This document shows positions 1 to 13,197 of a stretch of 64,000 nt of DNA, in pieces (within the stretch, counting starts at the first letter, position 1; each line of letters opens with the position of its first letter). The notes under the pieces were generated by a model. It was given only the letters and a program-made list of their open reading frames with translations, was not told where the DNA came from and made no database searches. The stretch is taken from assembly GCA_964016885.1 (NCBI GenBank), contig OZ024740.1:365428001-365492000 (forward strand). Reading direction: 5' to 3'. The position numbers were made by a program, and so were the translations under genes. This DNA is from Eledone cirrhosa (lineage: Eukaryota).

Positions 1-662
1 AATTTTGTAAAGTTGACATAACAAAGAAAGGAAATCAAATAGATATTTCATAATTAAAGTTAGAATTTTTTAATATTAGATTAAAAACTAATCCTTTAAT
101 AAGTTCACCTTGACAATTGACATTACACTCTCTCTCTCTCACACACACACATACATATATATGACAAAACACATTGCTAGAACAGCCATTAAAACAGTGA
201 TGGGTAAAATTGCCTCAGTGGACAGTCAAAGTATTTTAGAACATTTACAACATTTGTTCATCATCCCCACCCAACTTGCTTGTCTTATATTTGTTTACCA
301 TGGAATCTAAATAAAAGTTTTTGAACATTCTTGACAGATCTTAACATTTGTGTGACAGACTAACAAAATAGCTGAACATTTATTATAATATAGATTATAT
401 ATTTAAAACCTTTGTAACATGGTTTTATGTTAGTATTCTAGAATATAGACACACTGATATTTAGCAGACTTTTACAGTAGTTGTTGAAGCAAAAATTTAT
501 CTTTTGTTTCTCAAACTACTGCAAAAGTCCAATGAAGACCAGCAGAAGCCACTTGCCCAAGGCATCATGCAGTGGGACAAAACCTGAAACTACATGTTTT
601 TGAAGCAACCTTCTAAAACACACCACCATAACTGTGTGTGTGTGTGTGTGTCTCTCTCTCTC

Positions 663-720
<58 letters not shown>

Positions 721-849
721 TTTATATATATTGGCCAGGCTTCCTTCATAATGGGACCAACCAGTTTCCAAACTATAGTTCCGATGTGAGCAGGATATGG
801 CTCGGACAACTGGCCAGACCCTCCTATTAGTGGGGCCATCCAGTTCCAA

Positions 850-1027
850 ACTGTAAATGTGATTGGTGTTAAGAAGGGCATCCAGCTGTAAAAATCTCAG
901 ACAAAATACAGCTCCGTCTGAGCAAGGTACAGCACAGCCAGCTGGCCAGACTTGCCTTATGATGTGGGCGACCTGTCTAACTCATGCAAACATGGAAAAA
1001 TAGACGTTAAACGGTGATGATGATGAT
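850..1027 (+). mobile_element. SINE with RTE-type (GAT)n tail (second SINE family)
   Basis: ggtgttaagaagggcatccagctgtaaaa...gacgttaaacggtgatgatgatg. Related pieces at about 4890-5020(-), 6690-7070, 11130-11175 and 14300-14556. Confidence 0.65.
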
Positions 1028-1211
1028 GTGTGTCTAAGTGATTATAATGGAGTATTCCACTATTACTTTTGGTAAGGTGAGAAAAGCTCAATGCATGTAT
1101 TACATAATCATCTGGTTAAGCTTACACAGGTTTGTTTGATTCAATTCTACATTGTGTTTAGAAGGTTAGCAAGGCAACATCCTGTGTCAAGACCCACACA
1201 GAAATATGTGC

Positions 1212-1256
<45 letters not shown>

Positions 1257-1439
1257 GTTCAAGGAGAAAACAAACAAAGGTACAAAAAGTCTTATTAGTT
1301 TCATGCTTTATATGGAAAAGAGGAAAGAAAGTTCAACGTATGAGGCTTAAGCCCTTCTTCAGGAGTACAAACAAATTAGAGACAGGAGAAACAAAGGAGA
1401 AACAGATATTTTTTTTTTTTGTGATGGTAAACTCCGCCA

Positions 1440-1977
1440 GTTGCAGACTGCACACCATGTGATATCTCTCTCCACAAAGTTCGATCACCAACAGCAGAGT
1501 TCAAAGAGCAAAGATCAAGTCCAGTCCATAAGTTGACATTGTCAAGCCATCGTTTTGGCTACTGGCCTCTGATTCTCTTACCAGCCAATCTTCCTTCCAG
1601 GTATTACCTACTCACACCACGAGTTGATCTTTTTATATGACCGTATAGTTTGAGTACTTCTGACTTGACAATTGATGTAATTGGTCTAAGTTTGGTAATG
1701 TTCAGCAGCTCACTCACACAGATACGGTCGCTGAGCTGCTTGCCAGTCATAAGTCTCATGATGTGGTTCTGGAATGTAGAGAACTTCTGAAGTGACCTTG
1801 TCGTCCAATTAACAGTCAAGACCATATAACACAACTGGTAGGATGTAAGTATCAAAGGATGTAAGTATTCAAATGATAGGAAACTTGTTTTGATGTTAGT
1901 ACTTCCTTGTTCTTGTTGAAAGCTGCCCAACCTAGAGCAATTCGATATTGCGCAGCAACCATTCCATGACGGTTAGA
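1440..1977 (-). mobile_element. RTE-type LINE, C-terminal fragment
   Basis: RIALGWAAFNK...STFQNHIMR...LKLYGHIKRS, a post-RT region with frameshifts. Confidence 0.7.
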
Positions 1978-2272
1978 TTTTTATTTTACCTTTACTTCGT
2001 TATCATTTTTTAAATTATTAAGTAAAAAATTTAAATATATATATATATTATTAGGATAATGGGATTGATGAGTTAATATCTGTATACAACAACTACAACT
2101 ACAATGCAATGGGGCCCACCCACAGCCCCAGCGAACAGAATGGAGAAGGCGTTTCCCCGGAGGACGGCAAGGGAGACGCGCTGGAAAAGCCACTCCAACT
2201 CGCGAGGCTCACACCTGCGGCTGGCCAGCTCAGCGCCTATGGTGGTGAGTAAGGAGGTAGCTCTGGGGCTGT
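1978..2272 (-). mobile_element. CRE-clade (REL endonuclease) retrotransposon, 3' end
   Basis: Minus frame SPRATSLLTTIGAELASRRCEPRELEWLFQRVSLAVLRGNAFSIL matches the QRxSxAVxRGNA C-terminus of CRE-like elements. A-rich tail near 1980. Confidence 0.7.
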
Positions 2273-2285
2273 TTGATGATAGTTT

Positions 2286-2577
2286 GTGACCGAGATATAC
2301 AAACTCTGTAACTTGAGCAGACTTGATTGTGGGAACTATCGCTCTATCAGCTTACTGAGTCACGTTTACAAGCTTTTCATGACTATTATTGAAGCACGAG
2401 TGAAGTCAGACCTTTACGTCTCATATCCTGAAACACAAACTGCATATCAACCTGGAAGAGGTTACCATTGAGCAAATCCTAGCTATTGAACAAATCATTG
2501 AGAAATCAATAGAATTCAACAACCCTGTGCACATCACCTTCGTTGATTTCACAAAAGCTATTGACAACGTGAAACAG
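2286..2577 (+). mobile_element. RTE-type LINE RT fragment (domains 1-3)
   Basis: NYRSISLLSHVYKLF...QTAYQPGRG / EQILAIEQIIEKSIEFN...FVDFTKAID. Confidence 0.75.
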
Positions 2578-3680
2578 ATATATATATTTATATATATACA
2601 TATGTGTATATGTAAAAACTATAAATAAGACAAAGGAACAGACATGGATAACTGCACACAGCTTTCTCCCCAAAAGAATGTTTTCTGTTTCTTCCTCTTA
2701 TCACTCTTATCTATCTTTCTATTTTTTCTTTTATTTCTTATTCTATCTTCTGATGAAGGACTAACTTCCTAAACTTTAAGACTATTTTTCTATATCAAAC
2801 ATTAAATCAATACATATTTTCATTGTACTGTATCATTTTGCTGTGTTGTTTATCTGTATACTTTTCAAACACACGCGCACACACACATTATATATATATA
2901 TATATCCCACCTACCGACACTGGCAGATAACAAACGAAAGACTACTGCCACCACATCTGCCACTAACCTAACTATCACTAACAGAATGCAAATACTTGGC
3001 AGCACTGATGCGTACACACAAACTCACCACCCCTTCACTCTACTGTGAATGGCTACTACGATATTTAACTTTAGTTGACAGCACCAATACCGGGGGACAC
3101 ACGCTCGATAGAGAGTAGTGTATTTCAATTGTACGCACACAGCAGACAGGTAAGGCAGGCCGTTATTCCCTTCCCTGATGTAACTCTTTCTCCTCGGACC
3201 CCCCCCCCCCCCTGTTGATGGATATGAAATCCGAAATATAGGGACCAATAAATCGCTTCCAAGGTAACTCTATCCCTTATTTTCCTTTTACGCCTTTCTT
3301 AGGTTCATTTACATTCTCTACGTCTCTTTTTACTTCTCTCTCTCGTGTTACTACTACCTGATTTTGTTACCTGGAGATTTACCCATCTGCATTGCAGAGG
3401 CTTCCAAAATGACTATTTATACATATATATATATACACACACACACATACACATAAATACACACATTTTATTAAGTGAAATAGTGAGTCTTGTTACTCTG
3501 GAGTTCTGCCTGTTTGTCACAGGATCATCAGATGACCCTGTTATAAACAGGCGGAACTCTAGAGTAACAAAACTCACTATGTAGCCTTAACAAAATTAAT
3601 ATCAAACCTCTACTTCAGTATTGAGTATTCTTTTCTCTCAGTTGTCAACCCATATAGATATATATATATATAGATATTAA

Positions 3681-3874
3681 TCCTTTAGCATTTACATTAG
3701 TCTACATTTACTATTGTATTTTTGCGATAAATCTCACATAATAGTGAAGCTAAGAGATTTTGATGTTATTTATTTTGAGAACAATACCCTGTATGAGCAG
3801 CAGGTTATGGCCAGTTTGAACAGAAAGAGGTAAGACAATTCTGGCCAGATGTGGCTGGTTTAAATACTAATGGG
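3681..3874. mobile_element. piggyBac-like MITE
   Basis: TTAA|tcctttagcattta ... taaatactaatggg|TTAA: imperfect TIRs with a TTAA TSD. Confidence 0.55.
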
Positions 3875-4188
3875 TTAATCCAGGAGTTCTGAATGAATTT
3901 AAGACATTTTTATTCATCTTTCACATGTTTCAATAAAAGAAATGTAAAGAAATTTGGTAATGGAAGAATTTGATTAAGCTACATTCTAATATACAGGAGT
4001 CAATTCATATACTAAGATGCAAGCATAAGACTGAATAATCCACAAGAACACAATTTTACATCTCATTTATTTAAATAGGAACCCTTTAAAATGCGTAGTT
4101 TTGTTTCATAGAACCAGAGCCAGTTTTGGCCAGATTGGTATCAAAAGAGTTAATGAGGTAGGGAAAAATTTAAGCAATGTTTGATTAC

Positions 4189-4280
4189 CTTTTGCACTTC
4201 CGGCAGTGATGTGACCGAGGTGCCTTGTAACCCTTACATTCTACACAATATTGTAAATATTTCTCCTCACCAGCAACCTT
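4189..4280 (-). CDS. ZDHHC6: ZDHHC6-like second coding exon (92 nt), start of the DHHC cysteine-rich domain
   Basis: ttttttcAG acceptor, then KVAGEEKYLQYCVECKGYKAPRSHHCRKCK(R), then AG|GTAATC donor. Continues exon 1 in frame. The DHHC-motif exon was not found in the window. Confidence 0.92.
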
Positions 4281-4650
4281 CTGAAAAAAAGAAACATATT
4301 CGAACATTAGAAAGAGAACAGATTCATGAGTGTAAATATATATATATATACATATATATAGTAGTAGTAATAATAATATTATTAACTGGAGTAGTTAAAC
4401 TGCTTTACCGGTTGATTAAAGCTCAATGGGGTTCATGCAGAGCTGCTCTATATCAATTTAAAAAAACCAGAAGATTCAAGACATATGTTTCTGCTGGCCT
4501 TAAAAATCAACCTTGGGTGATTTCATTGAATATTACAATTCCAAAAGTTTTAATTTAAAATTTTTAAAGTTTTTTAACTTAACCATCAGGTGTTGATTCA
4601 ACGTCGGCATTATCAGAGTTTATTTATGCATCATCAATATTTCACATATA

Positions 4651-4877
4651 AGTACTCATTCACCATTCATTATAACAGATTACAGGAATATTAAAAAAAT
4701 CTTTAAAAATTCCCAAAATTTCAAATTAAAAAAAAACGTTTTAAATATAATTTGAAAACAATAACTTCAAACTTGAAACAGTTTTTAAAAATTTTTTTTT
4801 TGAAATTTTGGGAATTTTAAAAGATTTTTTGAATATTCCTGTAATCTGCTATTATAATGAATGATGAATGACTACTT
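4651..4877. repeat. Imperfect inverted repeat (arms about 75 bp) in the ZDHHC6 intron
   Basis: cattcattataacagattacaggaatattaaaaaaatctttaaaaattcccaaaatttcaaa has its reverse complement at about 4800-4877. Confidence 0.75.
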
Positions 4878-5639
4878 AAAGTACTGGACCTTTAACCCAT
4901 GTTAGCACGGGTTAAACAGGTTGTCCTGTAGTGAGACAAGTCAGATCAGTTGACAGTGTGTAGCTCATACAGAACTGTTTCTGGCTTGATTTCTACAGCT
5001 GGATGCCCTTCCTAATGCCAACCAGAGAGAGAGAGGATGAAACTGGTATTGTTTTTTTTATTAACCTTGAAAAGATAAAAGGCAAAGTTGACCTTGGTGG
5101 GTTTTGAACTCAGAAAGCTGGAAAGAATACTGCAAAGTATTCCATCTAACCTCCTAACAACTCTGCTAATTTGCCTTACTATTTAGTATATTTACATGAA
5201 ATAGATACATCAACACAATATGACCCCCCCCCCCCCAGAAAGCCAAGCAAGAATATAAAATGATAGACAGGACGACCTAACGAGAGAGGCAGTGCAAAAT
5301 GGAGTCTTAATTCTGTCTGAGATATGTTTTCTTTTTAATGATTTAATTGATTATCAATCAGATTAAACTACAAACAATAGGTGGTAAAGTTGATACTAAC
5401 ATACTTAATGTAGTGAACCAAGAAATTTTAATTAATTAGTAATGAGAAAGAGCCATTACTTGAATGATCAAGTTTGGTTAGAAAAGTCAACTAACTAAAA
5501 TTAGAATGCTGGACTGCAATGGAAAGTGAGCCTGATCTTGGCAGTACAGAGACACCTCAAGACATGTTTCAGTCATATTAGATCTCATAGGTGAAATGCA
5601 GTTACAATACTGCCAGGATAATAATATATATAGAGTAAT

Positions 5640-6640
5640 GTGAATACTAAAGGGTTAAGGACCACCAGATTGAGACACTCTGTCAAAGCCCTTTTGTAGA
5701 TCAATGAAAGCTAGGTATAGTGGAATATTTTTGGCAAGGTACTTTCTTGTTGTTGCCTCACTATAAAGAGGGCATCTGTAGTACTTTTCCCAAGCATGAA
5801 ACTAAACTGTATCTCGTCTAATTTCACTTTTTCTCTAATTAGTTGCGCTATAACTCTTTCCATCACTTTCATTCCTCTATAGTTGCTCCTTTCTAGAGCA
5901 TCACCTTTACCCTTGTAGCAATTTAGGATTGTACTACTGCACCAGTCATTGGATATGACAACGTCCTGTATTACCTGATTGACTATGCCAGGTTACTAGT
6001 TTGATTCCTACCTCTCCTGATGCTTTTAGCATCTTAGCAACTATCTCTGACTGTGCCACAGCTTTACCATTTTTTATCTCTTTGATTGCTTCTTTGACCC
6101 TATAACTGTCAACTTCAATGGTTGGTCTTTCTGTTGGTTAGATTGGGGATAGTTTCTCTTCCTCCCATTTATTCTCTATATTCATCAGTCTCTCATAGCA
6201 ACATTTCCAGGCTGCTTTCTTTTGAGTGTCAGTGGTGCAAAGTGCACACTTTTCCCCAACAACATCACAATTCACACTGACACACAGCCTTGCAATGCGA
6301 AACGCTTAGCGTCTCTGATTGTCACGTCTCAGGAGATTGGCAAACTTTCTTTCTTCAGCTTCTCTCCAAGCTGTGTATACCTGTTGTTTAACTTCTCTCT
6401 TAGCTACCTGGTCCAGGCTCTGTAACCACCATTTTTCCAGTCTTTCTATGCCTGTCTCTTGGATTTAATGGCTCTATCCACTGAGCTGTGCCACTACCAG
6501 TCTGACTGACGCTCTACTCCAGCCACAAGTCTTAGCAGTTTGCAAAAGGTTGTCATGCAAGAATTTCCAGTTGTTCTCTACGTCATAGGTCTTATACTCA
6601 TCACTTCTCTCATCAAATGCATCCAATAGGGTTTTTCTAA
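5640..6640 (-). mobile_element. Decayed RTE-type LINE (RT region)
   Basis: Minus frame KYLAKNIPLYLAFIDLQKGFDRV and NCYKGKGDAL..NYRG; many stops. Confidence 0.7.
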
Positions 6641-7973
6641 ACCCTTATATATATATATATATATATTTAAACAATAGTTACTGCATTGTTGACACAGCAT
6701 GGCCAAATGGACAAGAGTTTTGTTTCATAATCATGAGATTCTAGGTTAAATCTCATTACTATAGCCTCATGTCAACTCACATGTTATCAGTGAAATTGGT
6801 TAGACAGAAACTGTTTGGAATCCCATCAGATGAATTGTACCAGTAATTCAAAGAACGAGCATAGTCACACACTGTGTCAAGCCGAATCACCTTGAGAATT
6901 ATGTTGAGGGAACATTTGTTTGTGGAATAATCAGCCACTAGCTTGTTAATCTAACATTGATCAAACAACTGAAACACTCATCATCAAAACCAACTCCCTC
7001 TCACTATGCAACAATTCCACCTGAAGCATTAGAGCCAAGAAGGGCATCTAGCTGTAAAACATTGCCTAAAAAAAGAGCCCATGATGGTTATGAAACTTGA
7101 TGTGACCCACAAGGCTAGCCCTTCCCTTAGCAATGAAAATGGACTTCAAAAGCTTATTGTTGTTGTTGTTGTTATTTAATCAGTGTAAATAATGAATTTG
7201 GTATATTTCCCTCATTGAATAACTATGCTTTTGCTCAGATTGTCTTCCATAGACAGTACTGCCATATGTTTATGTTCACATAAAACCTGTTGCAGTTATT
7301 ATCATTCCAAAACAAAACATACTTTTGTTTGCATCTGACTGCAAACAGTATTCTTACAAACATCCAGAACTTCTCAAAGTTGTTTGTCTTGAAAGGTAAT
7401 TGAAAAATCCACTTAACGTCCAACTAAAACAGATTTCGTTCAATCAGTTGGTTTATCAATAGCAAACCCATTCATTATTTACAATAGTAACAGCCACAGA
7501 AATACACCATGCACTAGAAATACTATTCAAGTGGAATTTATATTTAAACATTAAATATCATCATCATTGTCCTCATCACCATGTTATGTCAATTTTTCCA
7601 TGCTGACATAGAGTGGATGGGTTGTTATTGACCAAGCCAGTACTGAGGCTACTAATTCCCTCGAGGGGTTAAAGGACCATGTCTTGCTTAATACATTCTG
7701 TTTTTGGCATTATTTACTATTGCCAACCATTTTACCAAATCTACTAGGTGAATTTTATTATAGCACAAGTACTAGAGAAATTATGTCGTTGATGTGACTG
7801 AAGAGTCCTTTCTACCCTGTGTTGGCATCAGCTAAACACCAAGAACTTCATAGTGTATCGAGTGCCCTTTATGGTGGCATCAACACCAAAGAGGTCACCT
7901 TGCTGTAAGGTGTGTTCAAGAGTGAAAGTATAACATAACTTGAAGAAATCATTGAAACTGAATGTAAAACAAA

Positions 7974-8301
7974 TCTAAACTATAATAAAGGAAGGTCTGC
8001 GGGACTGCAGGACTGCGTACGTTTTTTTTTTTTTATCCTGTTAGTAAAATAAGTTGTTTTTTTTTATCCTGTTAGTAAAATGCAGTTTATATATAATATC
8101 GTCTTTTTTTAATGTATCATGGATTACGTTACTGATTACATAAGAGAGTGTAACACAGGCTTCGTTCAATTTCTGTTTATATTGTCAATTACGATTTTAT
8201 TTGATGTATCATATCTACATGTATATATACTTGCGTATAATATCAATATACACACTACACATGCTAGCAGAAAACCACCCGAAGGGTGGTTTTTCTGCTA
8301 G
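7974..8301 (+). mobile_element. Non-autonomous Helitron
   Basis: A|TCTAAACTATAATAAAG 5' end; subterminal hairpin ccaccc-gaa-gggtgg; CTAG|T 3' end. Confidence 0.7.
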
Positions 8302-9656
8302 TGTATTCATAATTTCAGAACATAAGCCTTAAGGCAATGAGTCATAAATTCTCTCTATCATCTCTTGAGCCTTTAGCCAATTAATCTCTTTTGTACCCAA
8401 TTCTATTTTATAACCCTTTGAAATTAACTTTTAAAACAAAGCAACCCATTTTACATAAGAACCTTTTGTTAAGTTGTGTTACAAATGTCATCATAATAAT
8501 GGAACAATAATTTTTGGAAATCCCTTCAAATTACAGTGTATTTCATTAAAAATGCAGTCATGGAAAGGTTACACAATGAACAAAACCATTATCGCTGATT
8601 ATCAATCATATACAATTATCTTAAATGTAATTCAGAGTAATTAGCAGCAACCAAATGACTGCATATAGTAATGTGCCCAAATCAATATTATTTTATATAA
8701 TCATTATTATTCTTAACTATTATCTATCCACTGCAAGGTAAAGGTCTCCCCAAGCCAGTGTCAGCTCTTCCTATTTTATGCCACTTTTATTTTTATGTCT
8801 CATCTGCTGTCTTCCTTGATGTAATGAACTTGTCACCCCTCACTTAGCATCCCGTACATAATTTTGTCCATACCATATGCCCTGCCCACTTCCCCTTCTT
8901 AATATGTTTTATGATATTTTGTGCCTTGTACTTTTAGTTGCTCTCTTATCCATTGAGACACAAATCATGTATTCTTTTCTTTACTGATTTCATGACAATA
9001 AGATTTATAAATTATTCTTTGATCTTTATCTATTTCTTGAGGAGGTTCTAATATAAGAAATAGAAACTTTGAATTAGTGCCAAATTCAATAAAAATAAGA
9101 TCAAGAATAGGTTTTTGAGCAGTTTGTTTTGAATAACATTCATGACATTTGCTTTATTGGTTGCTATGCATGACTGGTGGCTTAACTAATTATTAAAAAC
9201 ACTTATGTCACTGAATATTTAAAGTCTGTCTCATGCCTTGAGGCTCATCAGACTGGAACTTATCCCTGTTTTAGTAATGTAAAGTGAATGAGAGCACAAG
9301 TCAGCTGGTCACAGGGCTAACCCACAGTGGTTGCCGCTGGTACACATTTTTGTTTTCAGCTGATTCCTTATATCCCATATAATGCATTAATCCTTTGATA
9401 CCAAACAAAACTATTTGTTTTAAAGTTTTAATATTTATCAAAAATAAAAACAAAAAAAACAACAAAATTTTATGTAGGAACATTGCTCTCCGACAGGTGG
9501 GAGCCTCGCGAGATGGAATGGTTCTTTCAACATGTCTCCCTCATCATCCTCCGATGAAATGCCTTCCCTATCTGTCTGCTGATAATAGTGAGAGATGGGG
9601 TGAGGCGAGAGGGACGGAAGCAGTGACAATGGGAATTTGATTCCATTATGTTCAGA

Positions 9657-9870
9657 TGGTAGATTGGCAGTATGGGTAAAGCATCGGACAATATGCTTTA
9701 TGGCATAGGGTTACGCCCCTTTACGATCTGAGTTCAAATCCCGCCGAGGTTAGCTTTTCCTTTCATCTTTACAGGGTCTAAAATAAAGCACCAAGTAATG
9801 CACTGGGGTCAATTTACTCGACTTTCCCTTCCCACAAAATTGCTGGCCTTGTGCCTAAAGTAGAAACAAA
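9657..9870 (+). mobile_element. tRNA-type SINE (family 1), full length, with TSD
   Basis: B-box-like gagttcaaatccc; core tttcatc(c)ttac; tail ggccttgtgcctaaagtagaaaca. TSD tatgttcaga at 9647-9656 and 9871-9880. Confidence 0.85.
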
Positions 9871-10901
9871 TATGTTCAGACCTAATATATATGTATGTAT
9901 TTATTTGACATTCGAGAGTATAAAGATTTCTCTTTTTCAATCGCTTCAGTTTCTGTAGTAAACTTTAATTTAATGTTCCAAAGACTAGATTAATAAAAAT
10001 ATTTTCCAAATTATTTGAAGATAATAAGCAATGTATTTCATTAGACATATGGCAACAAAAAAATTAATACATAAACCAGGAGAGCAGATACTCTGAATAA
10101 AAACTGATACAGGATAGAGAGGACTCTAAAGTCCTGACAAATCACCTCTCTAGTATTGATGGCATGGAAAAAAGGCCCACAGTCCACTCTATAAAGTGGT
10201 TGGTGATAGGAAGAGCAGCAAACCAGAAAAGAAAAAATCTTTTTCTTTTCTCTCTCTCCTAACCTAATTCTTTCCTGAGACATTTCTTTTTCCTTTTCCC
10301 ATAAACAAGAAACTAATATGACTGGGTAATTGTTCTCCATGCCTGTCTTTTTTAATCTTGAATTATATATACAATATATATATTTGTATTGTATGGTCCC
10401 ATAACTCCTGGGGGAGGCGTAGGGGCGCAGTTTTGACATACAGTGTTTCTTGGGCATTTTAAGCCTGGCTGAGCCCATCTCCTCTTCAGACCTATATATA
10501 TTTTGTAGTTTGTATATGAATCAAAGAATTAAGGCATTTATAAACTGACAATTGTTTCTACATGGTCTATGCTACCTATAGCGAATTATTTTATTTAATA
10601 ATTCGCCACTAATAAGTAGACCATGGGTGTCATTGGAGTTTATATAAAATCTGATACAATTTACTCAAGATAATGTTTAGAACAGAATATACATAAATCA
10701 TTCATTAAGATATCACAATAAAAGTTTACATTCATTGAATACAGTTCAAGAATATCATGTAAACATTTTGACTACTCTAGATAAATATGAATATTGCCCT
10801 ACTGAAACAATACATTTGAAAATTATTCTAGAAACACTGTTAATAACAATGACACCATTTTTTAAAACTATTAACTCTAAAAAACAATTAACATTATTTC
10901 T

Positions 10902-11081
10902 GGATTGGCAGGATCAGTAGGGGGTCGGACGCCATGCTTTGACGCATAGAGTTACGGCCCTTGCCATTCTGAGTTCAAATCCAGCCGAGGTTAACTTTGC
11001 CTTTCATCCTTACGGGGTCGATAAAATAAAGTACCAGTAATGCACTGGGTAATTGCTGGCCTTGTGCCAAAAGTAGAAACA
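10902..11081 (+). mobile_element. SINE family 1 copy
   Basis: Same consensus. TSD attatttct at 10893-10901 and 11082-11090. Confidence 0.88.
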
Positions 11082-11417
11082 ATTATTTCTTTTTCAAACC
11101 GCAATATTTTGGAAATGGTTTATTTCTTTCAAACCTATGCTAGCGTGGAAGATAGACGTTAAACGATGATGATGATATTGCCATATTTGGTTATTCCATA
11201 AATGCAGAAATATCATATGATAATATTATGGAAACAACAATTATATTTTGAAATACATATGACAAGGCAGAAAATAATATATGTGAATAAACGTTAAGAC
11301 AAGTTTGTTTAAATACATTTCTGCAACTATGAATGTGTGTCTCTTGTTGAATCATATCAAATATAAATTTTCATGCATGACTATTCTTGTATAATTTCTG
11401 CTTAAATGCAAAATACT

Positions 11418-11519
11418 TGTTTCTACTTTAGGCACAAGGCCAGCAATTACCCAGTGCATTACTGGTACTTTATTTTATCGACCCCGTAAGGATGAAAGGC
11501 AAAGTCAACCTCGGCGGGA
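11418..11519 (-). mobile_element. SINE family 1, 5'-truncated
   Basis: Reverse complement of the 3' half. TSD aaaatact at 11410-11417 and 11520-11527. Confidence 0.88.
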
Positions 11520-13197
11520 AAAATACTGTCTGATGATGCCACGCCAGTTGTTGTTGCAGTTCCATAACTGCATTGCAGAAATGCGCATAATGAATAAATA
11601 TAATTAAGTAATAACAAAAACCTGTATTAACGTTTATTTCTATCCATATCAATGTTGGATACATACTGCCGACACAGAGTGCTTATTTCCGTTTACACTA
11701 TGGTCTATTGATTGATGTAATGTAAATTGTATTTACAATTCGTGCTTTCTACTTCGCTGACAGTATACGTACACTAACAATCAGTCAGTACGTTTGTATT
11801 CTTGTGACAGCGTATATACACAAATTAGGTACATTTCATTATTTTCACAGAAACAAAGTAAATAAGTTTCGAGTTTACGTTTTACTTTTCGAATGGAAAT
11901 GTTACTTTCATGGAACACTAAAATAGGATTATACTATTCTACAAGTGTGATATTTATGCCATTCTCTAAAACTTGGGTTTGATCATAGGTCTGTTCGATC
12001 AGCTTGACAAGGTGTTAAAAGACAGTGATTTCGAGCCCGTAAACCAAGGTTGAATTGCTAATTCATAAGAACATCTATGCTGAGAAAAATAATGATTAAT
12101 TTTACAAATTTATAGCAATGGGACTTGTATATTGTTTTGGTCATAAGGCTTTTTTTTTATTTCTGTTTATTTATTTTTCATATTTGTCTTTTTCTTCTCT
12201 TTAACGAGCACCGTCAAATTTGATGGAGGGCGAATACGCCCGCTAGTGAGAGGTACCTGACTCCTACTCTACAGTCAACCCACTTGATAGAAATAGCAGA
12301 TAAATTTCTCTTGAAACACTCTAACGTCTTGACAAAAAAAGAAAAAAAAAGACAAGTTGGAGGATGTAATCCTAGATATATAAAAAGAGGGATGACGGTA
12401 TGTGTCACGGTTTCACTGCCCTCGAGCATAAATCTGTTACATCCTGGCCGACCTGGATCTAAGTGAATTAAAATCGTGGCGTAGTTTCAAGAAGTGTTTG
12501 AAGAGTTCAGTGATTTTGTGTGTGATATATTGATCATAATTAAATATAAATACAAAATAACTACACAACGCTATGTTGCCTGTTACTAATAAAATTCGGG
12601 AAATTAATTATTAAGTACAGGCAACAATGATAATAGATTTCCCTTGAAGAAAATTAAAATATCTCTCGTCCGACGCACCTGATTCATTGCGCGTGTTCCA
12701 CCCTCTCTCTCTATTTCGCACATATACACACATACATATATATATTACACACACACATATATATATACACGCGCACAAACGGACGGTCGAATTCAAACCC
12801 TAACCCTTCGATATTTTATTTTCTTCGAAGGAGATTTATTGTCAATGATATTCATAAATACAAGCATATTGCGGCATAATTATACGAAAAACCGTGATTG
12901 GTTTCAGTCATTTTTTCATAATGTTTACTTTTGAGGAATGTCTATTTTGCAATAGAAAATAAATATCTATGACTACTTCCATGTTAAATATACAAATATT
13001 TTCACATCTGCCAGATTGAAAAGATAAAATCAGGATTTCATTCTTTTGATGAATGTAAACTATAATTTCAAATCTTAATTCTTTTTAATTCATCTACAGG
13101 TTATGCATTTCAATTTACAAAATGTAAATTAAAGAACGAAATAGATCGAAATATAACAGTGAATGAGAGAAGAAAAAAATCGAACAGAAAAACTTAC

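Noticed and set aside
110-310. Candidate third ZDHHC6 exon (CVMKMDHHCPW)
   Set aside because: No DHHC-encoding frame was found on the minus strand between 1 and 4188. The CCATGG near 298 is followed by a stop in the PW frame.
7200-7430. ORF 7235-7423 as a host exon
   Set aside because: It has no ZDHHC6 similarity and looks at most like a highly decayed mariner C-terminus, too weak to annotate.
10440-10495. CTGAAGA...GAAAC on the minus strand as a hammerhead
   Set aside because: No convincing stem I or III, and the sequence is shared with a LINE relic at about 54600.
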